This document shows positions 10,465 through 21,822 of a stretch of 32,438 nucleotides of DNA, piece by piece (positions within the stretch are counted from its first letter, which is position 1; each line of letters starts with the position of its first letter). Under the pieces are notes generated by a model that did not search any database, had not been told where the DNA came from, and saw only the letters and a list, made by a program, of their open reading frames with translations. Both the position numbers and the translations under genes were made by a program. The stretch spans positions 1 to 32,438 of the forward strand of contig NIVC01004885.1 of the NCBI GenBank assembly GCA_002269645.1, written 5' to 3'. This DNA is from Macrostomum lignano (taxonomy: Eukaryota).

Positions 10465-10737
10465 CAAGCTGGTCGCGCCGGAGACACTCTCAGATCGGGC
10501 GGTTCCAACATCCAGAGCACCCAGTTCGAAGTGCCTCGCCTTTTCACTATTCCGTGCGACGGCGAAGAGCACAAGGTGACCATCGCCATTATCGACCTGT
10601 GCCCCACATTCGAGTACGAGTCTGTGCCGCAGAGGGCTCCGTATGCCTACTTGAAAGCTGCCGTTACTAACACGTCTAACTATGCTCTGCTGGCTGGACC
10701 TACAAACATCTATGTGGATAACAATTTCATCGGAAAG
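10465..10737 (+). CDS. DUF4139 protein exon
   Basis: Encodes ...STQFEVPRLFTIPCDGEEHKVTI...AYLKAAVTNTSNYALLAGPTNIYVDNNFIGK, the core DUF4139 motif. Donor AAG|gtgaga. 5' boundary could instead be 10494. Confidence 0.88.
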
Positions 10738-11320
10738 GTGAGAGTCGAAGCATATTTAGTGCCGATTCTAGTAAAACAATTTAACAAAACTGTGCAACAA
10801 CTATGGAATAATGTAGATTTTCTTTTCATAGTAACCATTTGAAGAAAATTTTATTAAGCCCATCTACGGAAGCTCCTTATTTTCTCTACGCCGGTTGGAA
10901 CCCCGGCGTCTGAATAAATTTAACGGCTGATAAATTTAACGATAAACAGAGGTGGGGTCAAGTATCTTGATTGTCTATGGACCGATAGCAGGGCCGCTTA
11001 GTACGGAAATATTGAATCAATAGAAGACATCCGTTGTTTCATAATAATTCGATATCTATATAGTTAAGTCGTTCCTGACGCAAAGCCTAATTTACAAACT
11101 GGGATGAATTTTTTGCGTCGGTATAATGATCGAAAGCAATTGTAGTTTGGATTTGAAAAATATAGTACACCACATCGTTATTTACATGCAATATCATCAA
11201 TTATATTATCGCGTAGTTGTAGTACGTAATGGATAATCCATGCTGCAAACATGTATCTGATATACTGTATAAATCACTACGTGAACTAATTAAATCCATT
11301 TATACCTCCGTCCAATTCAG

Positions 11321-11548
11321 TCGGAGCTAAAGGCCGCCGCCCCATCTGAGGAGTTCCACTGCCACCTGGGCGCCGATCACGGCATCAAAATGAGTTACAA
11401 GCCAATGTACAAGAAGCGCGAAGGTGGCCAGTCCAAGACGGCACTGTTCTCGCACAAGCAGGTGATCGAATTGCGCAACACTCACCAGAAGCCAATCCGA
11501 GTTCAGGTCATCGAGCCGGTGCCTCGCCCTATCGAGGACAAGATCAAG
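11321..11548 (+). CDS. DUF4139 protein exon
   Basis: ccaattcag|SELKAAAPSEEFHCHLGADHGIKMSYKP...LRNTHQKPIRVQVIEPVPRPIEDKIK|gttaga; 228 nt, phase 0 to 0. Confidence 0.9.
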
Positions 11549-11686
11549 GTTAGACCAGTAGTCATTCTACAGAGGCCTGCAGTGACATTACTTATGACAC
11601 ACCCGAAGTAGTTAGAATTAAACCAATTAACAGTGTAAGACCACGGGTGCTATCGATGCTAAACACTGATCAACAAACATTCTCAG

Positions 11687-11795
11687 GTGAACATCGTTGA
11701 GCCGCCTAAATTGAACTCGGAAAAGTACGACAAGCAGAAACCGATTCGGCTGAGCAAGTCACACTGCGTCGAATGGGACGTCGATTTGGATGCTG
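11687..11795 (+). CDS. DUF4139 protein exon
   Basis: cattctcag|VNIVEPPKLNSEKYDKQKPIRLSKSHCVEWDVDLDA G|gtaagc; phase 0 to 1. Confidence 0.88.
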
Positions 11796-12271
11796 GTAAG
11801 CGAGGTTTTTAGAGAAAAATCATTTGCTTACTGGAGATAATATTTCATATTGTCATGCAAAAACTACGTAATATTCTTTCTGAGTTAGCTTTACCAAAGC
11901 TCCATGCTCGACACCAGATCGTCAGGCCAAAAAGTACTAAATAATGTCGATATGAAACAGTCCGATTTATTTTACCACGTTGCACGTTTCTGTCAAACTA
12001 GCGGAATTCTTCAGCTGAAGACAACAAAATTATGCAGAATGTATAAATTTAATTTCCCTTCTTAGGATACTTTTCAGGCTATTTAGAATAATTATTATTA
12101 CCAGATACAATTAATCACGGCTTCTATTCAGCGAATAACTTTTTGTTCATTATGACCAACGTATAGCTTAGATGCTGTACTTGTACGGGTTTCATATACA
12201 TATATACATGTATGTATAAGTAAAAAAATATTAAAAATGGTTATGCATGTTGATTAAATTTCACCTCGCAG

Positions 12272-12354
12272 GCGAGGGCAAGGAGCTAGTTCTTCGTTAC
12301 AACATCGAGCTGCCAGCCGGAGAAACTTTGGAGTACACCGTGTCAGAGAATTAG
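12272..12354 (+). CDS. DUF4139 protein, last coding exon
   Basis: tcacctcgcag|GC EGKELVLRYNIELPAGETLEYTVSEN*; phase matches; TAG 12352-12354; ATTAAA at 12367-12372. Confidence 0.88.
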
Positions 12355-15300
12355 ATATTTTTATTGATTAAAAACGAATGTATCAACTGATCGAACTTTG
12401 AAACTATTAGGCACCTGTTACGTTTATAACAATATAATATTCGCGAGCTTTATTTATAAATGCTTCATTGTAATAACCAAACTCTCGACTATATTGGTTA
12501 CTAGTATATATTCATGTTTAATACACATATAGATATGAAAACATCTAAATACGTATATAGTGTGTTGTTGCGCGCATCTTTAGTTCTTAAACAAATTATT
12601 AGTCGAAGCTGTTGTTTCTTTGCTTCTGACTATTTGCTGGCTACTACTGTCTATAACCACAAAGACAGCCCCTCCTGCGCCCAATCCTTCTAAGGCTGTC
12701 TATTGTCATAATTTGTTTGCCACGTTAATATACGCAAGATTAATTATCTTCTCCTAGCTGAGTGCTTTATGTCTCGCTTTACCGAAAATATCCATTTTAC
12801 ATTAAAATTTGAAGAAGCTTGCCGAGATTTAACCGAACTGAATCATAGAGTTAAAATACCATTAAAATGTTTCAGACCATAAGAATCGATTTATGCTTAA
12901 ACGCTATTCCTCACAAGTTTGTGCGTTTGAAATTTCCCATTTGTTTGTTTAAATTCTGTGGCATATTTTTGTGCACAAAACTGTACAGACTGCACAAAAA
13001 ATAATCGCACCAACTCGCTTTGCAATTTCGGTAATGATTGTTGAAGTTTTATAGAATTGTTACGATACCCGAGTAGCAATTTACTCATTTTATTTGCTTT
13101 TCCGAGCGCAAGCTGACTTTGAAGTGCTTATATTGCTTTTTGCACTAATTCTGGTAATTCAGTTTTGTTATTATCATGTTTATAGCCGCTCGTAATATGG
13201 CACTTTGCCTTCGCAATTCGCTGAAGCTGTGTAATTCGTTAATTTAAGATCGAGATCTTATTAATTGACTTCTCTGATGGGGATAAAGTTGGTTCCGGAA
13301 TCACTTTTCACTACAGAAGCTGACAACTCAAAGTAGACACGGATATCTAGATGAGGGTTCAAAGAAACATAGACGAAAAATCGATGAGTTTATTCGTCGT
13401 AAATTTTTTATGCTCGTGTGTGCGATTGAAGCGCATGTATGGCGCAGGAAAATAAAAAAACTTGCTTCAGCGTATCTCTTAATACGACTATGTTTATTTA
13501 TATTATAATTGACTCCATGAGTATTTATTGCTCTTGTTTGTCAGTGACCTTACTCTATGACAAAAATAACAAAGACAGAATTTTGATGGTTACCTGAGAC
13601 TGCAAAAATATTTTGAGCTTTGTTTCCTTAAACTTTGGCTTCTATTTGTTTCCTATTCTTTGGATTGACTGTCCGCCAGCAGTACTAGCTGCTCTATGCA
13701 TAACCATTATGATTTTAATACTTGCTACTCAAACTCGTCACTACTCGTAAATAACCCCTGCTATTTACAATTTATAAATTGTCTTCAAGTTTAATTTACG
13801 CCATCGGCCTTCAATGTATTACAATTCTGTGCAGCTATATTACGCTTAACCAGTATGAGCAGTAAATATTCACAGCCTTTGTCTAGTTGTTATCATACAA
13901 GCCACATTACGCTAGGCGCATTAAATATTTTTTAATAATTTCATATAAGGACAGTTTAAACGCTTTTAATCCTTGCCCCCTAAGTACAAGTTACATGTGC
14001 AATTTTAAGGTCGCTTTTTAAACTCAATTGCTGATTTTTTGTAAAAAAATCGACCTAAATATTTAATTAATTACAAAATCGCCTGATTCATGTAAAGCTC
14101 GTATTTGATAGGATTGGATTGCGACTTCGTATTCAAAGTGAAAATACTTCATTGAAAAAATTACAGTGCGGTAGTGAATTTTGTTTTTAACGTAGTTTTT
14201 ATATTAGCGATTTTTTGTTAATCGGAATCCCATGTGTCTAAAAATTTTATTTCTGCAACACTTTTGTCCCTTTTAGTCACCAAGGCCAAATTGGTTTTTT
14301 TTAAAACAGTTTTTAATCTGAGTAAGATTATTTTGTTGTAATTCCTGCTGTTTTTTTTAATATTCCGCGAGTTCCTACAATTAGTCTGCTGTTCAAGTGC
14401 GAAAGTCATCGGAGAATTAAAACAAGATAGGTGCACTCATGAAGTCGCTAATATTTTCGATCCATAGTACACTATGTCCGATCTAGCAATACTGTTCTTT
14501 TCAAGTCTTAATTTTCTATGTCTACTGTCGCTTTGCCCAATCAATATATGGCTAATATTGCACTGGTTCTCTGTTAATTCTATTTTTTTGTCATTTTTAC
14601 GAGTTTGGTGGCAGCAACCTCTCCCCCGAATTATTAATTTTTATTCGATTTTGATCAGCCAGCATTATTAAATGATTTTTATCTGATTTTATTACTGCTT
14701 ACAGCTTTTAAAATTCTATTTTACCGTCTTTTAATACGAGCAATATAATATAAATGACACTGTTAATCTATCTAACAATAACTATTAACGTTAAAAAGCT
14801 GAAGTACACCATATATAAAAGTTATACAGTGATCTTTTAATTCTTGCAACGTTACTATTATTACTACTGCCTGGACTATATAAACAGTTGAAATCTTTTA
14901 GAAGTCTTCTTTTTGTTTTAATTGATGCAGGAGTCCTGGTACATGTACATCTGATTAGTTGATACTCCGCAAGATATCGAGAATGTTGCAAGATATTTAA
15001 AAAATTAAATTAGATTATCTGAAACGTCTATACAATCTGACTGACGTAACCCGGGCTGCATGAGAATACATTGACCACAATTGTACTAGAAATGGCCGAC
15101 TATAAGGGACTCTATCGGTCACGGATGATCCAGGAGTCTCGAGTTATGGTGGGCGTTAGGGGAGGTCGCAAAAGATGGGGAGAGCAGGACAGTAAGCACA
15201 ATTATAGGCACAAAAACTTAAGCTCTCTACGAGCGTAGTGAAGCGTACTAACAAGCATTATCTATACCTAGGAATCAAATCAATACGGAAAACTTTCACT

Positions 15301-17560
15301 CCTGTGCTTCAATAAGCTTGCGTCAAGGTGCCCTCAAGAGTTGAGTTGGCTTTATCTAGATTATTTCCATTTAAATTTTTTCAAGTTTAAAACTTTGTCA
15401 CGTAGTTTACATGTACATGTAGGAATTGCAATTCCAAGAAGTATTTAGTTTTCTTAAAGCAAACGATTTAGCACGAGTCATCTACAAGTAAGTAATCTTC
15501 AAACTCAGAGAATATCAATTAAACAAAATCTGGTATTATATAGTTAATCTAATCAGACAAATGATGTAAAAAGAAACAAATAAATTTCCACCAGCCCTTT
15601 AATCGAATAAAAAATTCGTTTTTCTTACGATGAAGCGGCGTAACAGTTTTAAAATGAGTAAAAATTCACTGGTCACAATCAAAATAAAAACAGCGCAAAT
15701 GCAACCAGCACTGAAATGCCACCATAAAGTACAACATTTCAATAGCACCCAAATAGATTTCGTTCAAGTAAACATTAACGCGACGAATCGCATCTGCTTC
15801 TGGCGTACAGTATATAACAGCGTAGATAACAGCATGCGGCATCATCATATCGAACCGCTGTTGCTCTTGAAATTCCCCATTAAAATGCGTAAAAGCGACC
15901 ATAATTTATGGAACTGCAAGCGGGAAGTCAGATAAGATTTTCATTTACCTCATTGACCAATATTTTTCATATCGATGCCGAGAAGCATTTCATATTTTCT
16001 GCCGAAAGGCTTTTCTGTACGATGAATTTTTTTCTGTCCGTGCGTTTGAAAACAGAATCTGCAGAAACTATATTGCGTTGTGACGATTCTGAGGAAGCCG
16101 TCTTATAGCTACTGCATGAATGTCACAGAAAAAATGAATCGATTTAGTGCATGATCTGAATTAAATAAAAAAATCTGACACTTTTATGAGTTATCTGAAA
16201 GGAATTAAGGCAGCAAGAATCCAAAAGCCGATTGTAAATGATTAAAACGTAAGAAGAAAATTTATTACTTAATAATATTTTTTCTTATGCATTGTACCCT
16301 GTAAAACTGTAAAGCAATTATGTTAATTCATCGGTATTATCTGCTCGTATGTGATGAGGATGGAATTTCAGCCGCAGATGGGGAGGGCTCATGAAATTCT
16401 TTCCCTGCAATGTACTCACTACTCACAGTAAGCATTAGCATGTTCTCTCTCTCTTTCTACTTTCTCTCCTTTTTCTCTCTGTATCCTTATTTTCTCTTTT
16501 ATCATAAGTCACCAGATGTCAAGTGATTAGGCCACCAACTGACCATGCGTTAAACATTTAACTTTTTCTGCTCCAATCTCGACCTTTCGATTTTTCCCCT
16601 AAACAAAGTCTTTCTCTGAAATTGGGTCTTGGTAACTCGAATTTTACTCCAGCCACTTTGTACTGAGATTGCATAACAGCTGTAGCAGCAAAGTACTTTA
16701 AATTTTTGCCGCGGGAAACCGATACTACCAGTCTCGGTGAGGGCTCAACTTTGTGAAAATAAAAATATATTATGACACAATTCAATGTAGGATTTGTAAT
16801 ACCCATTTATTGATTATCGTTTCCGGCAACTGCGTCTCGCGCATCCACGAGAGACCTGGCACATCCACCAGGTGATTCATCTGCTCAAGAAGGGCGTTAT
16901 GAGAATAATGACGTCATATCAGCGACAGTGCGGGTGGACAACATGGAGAAAGCGATCCCGGTCTTCCTTGTCAAGTCACAGTGGTTTACTACAGTGATGA
17001 TCGGGAAACACCTGGTCCAAGTTCTTCAGTCTGACGCAAACGTCAATTTTTACTCTCAAGATGTTGGCAAAAATTATATTGTTTCTTAAATCTAAATACG
17101 AGCTATACTAATGCAAATGTCTAATATTTAGTGACTAATTTTTCTAAAATGAATCGCATTAGCTACTGTAGTGATCCGCTAGTTTGGTGTTAGAGAAAAA
17201 CACCGAAGCAAGACTTAATCGATATGTTCGAGAGGGGAAACCAAGATATGTGGCGTCGCACTATTGTCAGCAGCTTCCCTCGCCCTCGCCCTCGCCCTGG
17301 GTTGCTGTCTGCCGCTGGGCAGCCTCCCTCCCTTTTTGCTGCCTGTTCTCTGTCACCCCCCTCTTCTCTGCGCTCTTTGCTTGCAGCCACGAGCTTCTCT
17401 GCTGTGGCCTGCTCTGCGTTTCGTTCCTGTCCTGAGGTCACGCTGGTTGCTTGTTTCCCTTGTCATGTGAGCAAGTCACCTGACAAGTCTTGTTTTCTCG
17501 AAGTCCTAAAGTGCAGCCTCCCTCCCTTTTTGTTCGTTGGCCCGTGTTTACGGAAGGAAT

Positions 17561-17762
17561 CACGTGCTTTGGGCCCCTTGCCTTCTCTAAGGTAATAGGT
17601 GACTCATGTTTCTAAAAATAGATACTGAAGTCATGCGGCCCTGTGCACTTTACCCGCAGACCCTGCCTTCTCTAAGGCGGAGGGTGACGTCAGTTCTAAA
17701 AATAAAACAGAGTCACGAGGTCGGCGCACACTGGCGCAGCGGGGATTCCCTGCCTATAAATA
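17561..17762 (+). promoter_or_regulatory. Candidate enhancer/promoter module: 85-bp-spaced duplicated unit with AP-1/CRE and MEF2 sites, kappaB-like site, TATA box
   Basis: CACGTG 17561; TGACTCA 17600; CTAAAAATAG 17612; TGACGTCA 17685; CTAAAAATAA 17696; GGGGATTCCC 17741; TATAAATA 17755. The motifs are in the sequence; function is inferred. Confidence 0.45.
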
Positions 17763-18968
17763 CGTGGCCCTCACCCTTGGTAAATAGTCAAGGATTTTTG
17801 TTCTTGTTGTTCTTCTTTAGTCTAGTTTTCCAGACTTCGTTCACTTGCCCGTTTAAGATATCTGTAATTGGCCTGACTAAACTTAGACGCCAAAGCCTAA
17901 GGGAGGCTAACACTGCCTTCCCAGCCACCCCCTTAGCCCGGCGGGATCTGCTGACCATGACGCCTTGTTCATTAATCTGTAAATCTGCACGCTGTGCTGA
18001 GTTCTTTGACTTGTTTATTTCGTTCCGACGGGAAGCTCACCTCACTGAAGGTCGAGACCTGAAGGAACTGGTGGCAGCACTACCTACGCTACTAAGAGCT
18101 AATAACAAGCTTAGATAATAAGAGGCTCGAGACTTGAGGTAAAGCTCAAGTGCCTAAACCAGGAAGCTAAAAGCCCTCTACTTCACTACCATGGAAACGT
18201 TTCCATCATTTTTTGTACGCGTGGATTTCTGTATACTATTAATCTCAGCGTTAATTTCGCCGAGGCCGAGTGACTCATGGAAACTCCATCATCTTCAAGT
18301 GCCCCGACAAGGACTGTGCGACCTTCGTTAAAGACTAGCTGGCTACAGCAACTTCCTACGAGGCCTGTGCGGTGCGGCAACTGCGGTGACTGCGGCCTTC
18401 ACGACATCGACTGCTGCCCGAATGCGTGCAAGTTGGACCAAGACTTCTTCCACAGCGTTCGGCAGGCCTTTGTCGCTGCCGGACCGAACCTACGGGCACT
18501 TTTCCACAGCTGGCTTGACACGGACCTTCAAAAGCGATTTAGTAGTAGATCTCGATACATATCGGCAATTATATTCCTACACAACTTGGAAATTTAAAAA
18601 ATTGAGTATACTAACATTTGGCTTTATTTGATGGCGATATTCAACAAGCCCTTCAATTCTGATTTCGTGCTTGCATAAGTTACGGTGAGATTGAACATCA
18701 ACCGACTGGTGATCACGATGAGTCATGATGAGTTCCTGCACCGGATACTGAAACTTTTATTCAGACCAAAATGACAAGTCAAAACGGCCATTATTACACA
18801 ATTCAGCGACTTCTTCGGTAAATGCTTTACCAATCGATAAAAGCAGGCGTACTGCTGTGATTTACTTAAACTAATTAAACATTTATGACTAAATTATACC
18901 TATTATCTTATCTGACCGTCAATTAAAGTGTCCCACGCCACTCGCAACCGGGAAAGGCACCGCTGGAA

Positions 18969-19077
18969 CAACGTGTACCAACGGCGGACCAACGGTTACA
19001 AATGTCCGGCGCAAAACCGTTGGAACAACGGTGGCAATACAACGGTTATACAACGCTATACCAACGCCAAACCAACG
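18969..19077. repeat. Cluster of nine CAACG motifs, mostly at ~11-bp spacing
   Basis: Forward at 18969, 18979, 18990, 19026, 19040, 19051, 19062, 19073; reverse at 19018. Confidence 0.7.
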
Positions 19078-19810
19078 CCTGTGTGGCCAATTGTTGGTGA
19101 CTTTTTAAATGTAAGTACATTTTAGCTTATACTCGCAGCCTTTCGATCATCCGAATGATCTTAATCGCAAATATCTCCTGAAATTTCACAATTTGAAACA
19201 GTGCCATTCTCTTAAGTTAGGGATCCAAATGCGTATCCCAATGTCCAATGCAAAAAAATTGTACTCGTATAAAAATATGACGAGTACATTCAATGAAGAT
19301 CATGCAAGTTTTTTTTTAAATAAGCTGTTAGAATGTTTTTTTAATTAAGTTTAATTAAGCGTTCTGATTTATTATGTTAAGTTATCCAAATGCGTATGTT
19401 AAGTTATTAGTAAAATTGTATATAAGCTGTTAATAGCAAAATTTGTAGTATGAAATTGAACGGCTATACTATGTTAATAAGTGACAACGGTGGCTTACTC
19501 ATTCATCATACATCATACTCTCTACCCAAGTGACCAATCAGCTCACCCACCTCTCCTCTCGTCCAATCAAACCATGTTTAATGAAATGACCGGAAAAGTG
19601 TGTTAATTTGACCCGGTGTGCTGGGTAAAAGTTTGATACAATACGCTTTACGTGCACTCGTATTTTGGGCCATTGTTTTCAACTCCGCATCATACTATGC
19701 AATCTACACAATTCTCGAACTATTGCTTAACTTTTGTGTCGCGTGAAATCGTCCATTTCGGGGGAGGGGGTTTGCTGTTTCTAAGTGTTTATTGCTGACG
19801 TGAATCGCAT

Positions 19811-20033
19811 TGATGCTGCTGAGGGGGAATGATTGCTGAGGGATAATGAACTGAGAGGAATGATGCTGAGGGAGAATGATTCTGAAGAGAATTATGCTGA
19901 GGGGAATGATGCTGAGGACGAATTATGCTGAGTGGAATGATGCTGAGGGCGAATGATTAAGCTGGGTAATGATGCTGAGGGGAAAATGATGGTGATGGTG
20001 CATGATATTCTGAGGGGAAATGATGCTGAGGGG
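19811..20033 (+). repeat. Degenerate ~17-18-bp minisatellite (AATGATGCTGAGGGG-like)
   Basis: About a dozen imperfect copies of aatgatgctgaggg; strongly G/A-rich on the + strand. Confidence 0.85.
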
Positions 20034-20728
20034 ATATTCCACGAGGGGATTTTACTGTGTCGGTCACGCGTAGTGGGGGATCGACTAGTTTCTTAAGAAA
20101 AATGTCTTTCTAGTGGAAAAGTATGCTGAATTTCCAACTACGCTAACCGATTTCAATCTTCTAAAGATTCTGACTTGCATTTTATAGCATAGCTTTGCAC
20201 AGTACTCCGCGTAGTTTAAATAATGTTTTGCCTCTTACAATTAATTAGCAAGTCAGATTGAAAAAAAGAAAAGACTTACCCACGCGTTTTTGTTTATTAC
20301 ATTCGCCAGATGTGAAGAGTGCGTGGGGCTGTTGAAATAAAACAGTCCACAAAGTGTGCGAAAGCTGAGTGAAAGTTTATAACAAATTGTACAGGAAGGT
20401 TGGTACGAACTAGCAGTTGAAGACTGGCTGTGCATAAAAAAATTGGTCTGGCGTAAATGCTAGGTAGCCTCGTACACTGTTCTGTACCCATTTTTTTCTG
20501 ACTTTGACGCGGTGTGGTGTTGTAGTTGGAGCCGAAATGCAGCTTGGCTCGCACTACACTATTGAATCGTACGTACACCGTATTGATACTTTGCAGGCCC
20601 AAACGCTGAATATAAACAGAACTGACTTGAATTTGCTAGCAAGTCTTACACTTCAGTTTCTGCTCTGTAGAGCCTTGCTTAACTAACTTCTATTTTAGTA
20701 CAAGTTGGACGACAAATTCCAGAGCAAC

Positions 20729-20779
20729 ATGGCCAACCAGGGACCCAGCTACGGACTCAGCGCGGAACTAGAGAGAAAG
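20729..20779 (+). CDS. Myophilin / transgelin-calponin family protein, coding exon 1
   Basis: ATG 20729, MANQGPSYGLSAELERK (transgelin-type 'MAN.GP.YG.S' N-terminus). Upstream acceptor ctattttag (20698) with CTAAC branch point (20683). The donor is anomalous (see findings). Confidence 0.82.
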
Positions 20780-20855
20780 TTAGCCAATTCTAAATCGGGG
20801 TATTATTGCAATAAATTAAAGATTTATTTCTCACCCGGTGACTCGCCAATTTCAG

Positions 20856-20967
20856 CGACGAGAAAAGCGAAACCCAGCTCAAGAGTCGCAGGTGCTCGAC
20901 TGGATTGAGGCGGTTCTGAAGCAACCGCTCGACCGAACCAAGCCATACGAAGACCTGCTTTGGGATG
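20856..20967 (+). CDS. Myophilin-like protein, exon 2 (start of CH domain)
   Basis: aatttcag|RREKRNPAQESQVLDWIEAVLKQPLDRTKPYEDLLWD G|gtgaat. Confidence 0.88.
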
Positions 20968-21270
20968 GTGAATATCGGTTCTATAGTTATTTAGTTTTTA
21001 TACTTTATAATTTGCTCCCTTGCCCAGCAGCCCTTTGATAGAGGACAAGCTGGCGAAAATTGTGGGGTCTGTAAACGTTAGAGAGACCCCAGTTTGGGCC
21101 GAAGTCGGTGACAATAAAGTGCTCGGAATTCACAACACCTAAGGAGCAGAGAGGCCAGTCCTCACTATGGATTTTACCCAGGAGGTAGCGATGTCTAACG
21201 AAGCAGCCGGGATCCAAAAGGTTACCACCCCTATTTCCCCAAGGTTCGGTCGTGTTAGATGGGGTGTTCA

Positions 21271-21672
21271 ATGACGTCAACTTTGTGTGTCAGTATCGTC
21301 AACTTTGGATGCTCGGGTGACGTCAAACTTGTGTTAGTTACTCGTACGTCAACTTTGTATGTCAACGACGTTATCTTTGTGTGTCAGTGAAGTCAACTTT
21401 GGGTGTTCAGTGATATAATTTTTATATGTCAGTGACATCAAATTTTGGCTGCTCAAGGAAGTCAGCGACGTCATATTTATGTCCAGTGACGACAACTTTG
21501 TGTGTTGGTTACGTCAATTTTGTGTATAAACGACTTCAACTTTGTATGTCAGTGACGTCAAATTTAATTTGTATGCCAGTGACGTCACCTTTGAATGTTA
21601 GTGACGTCAAATTAGACTTCTCCGTGACGTCATCTTCGTGTGCCAGTGACGTCAACTTTGTATGTCAGTACG
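21271..21672 (+). repeat. Degenerate ~22-bp minisatellite in myophilin intron 2 (GTGACGTCAACTTTGTATGTCA-like)
   Basis: Many imperfect copies; seven exact TGACGTCA at 21272, 21318, 21553, 21580, 21602, 21625, 21647. Confidence 0.88.
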
Positions 21673-21822
21673 CAAACTCTGGGCATAGGGATGTTAACAG
21701 GGTCGTCAAGGTGCAATCGGAGTCCTTACCCCACACCGCCGATTGCCGACTTTCTGTAGGTAACCTGTGAGCAATTGGCTAATAGTGAATATTACAAAAT
21801 AGTTTTTAAACTTATCTCACAG

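Noticed and set aside
12400-16800. Short ORFs in the AT-rich intergenic region (e.g. 15630-15935, 15666-15902)
   Set aside because: No recognisable homology, codon bias or splice-consistent exons.
17184-18118. ORFs 17184-17595 and 17606-18118 as genes
   Set aside because: Biased composition, overlapping frames, no family motif or splice-consistent structure.
19811-20033. NDAEG-type peptide repeat or G-quadruplex in the 17-18-bp minisatellite
   Set aside because: Unit length varies so no frame is kept, and the G-runs are separated by long loops.
20274-20284. Minus-strand donor-like GG|GTAAGT suggesting a divergent transcript
   Set aside because: A single motif with no supportable partner exon.
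21063-21091. 8-bp hairpin TGGGGTCT...AGACCCCA in myophilin intron 2
   Set aside because: A stem this short is expected by chance, and no ncRNA features surround it.
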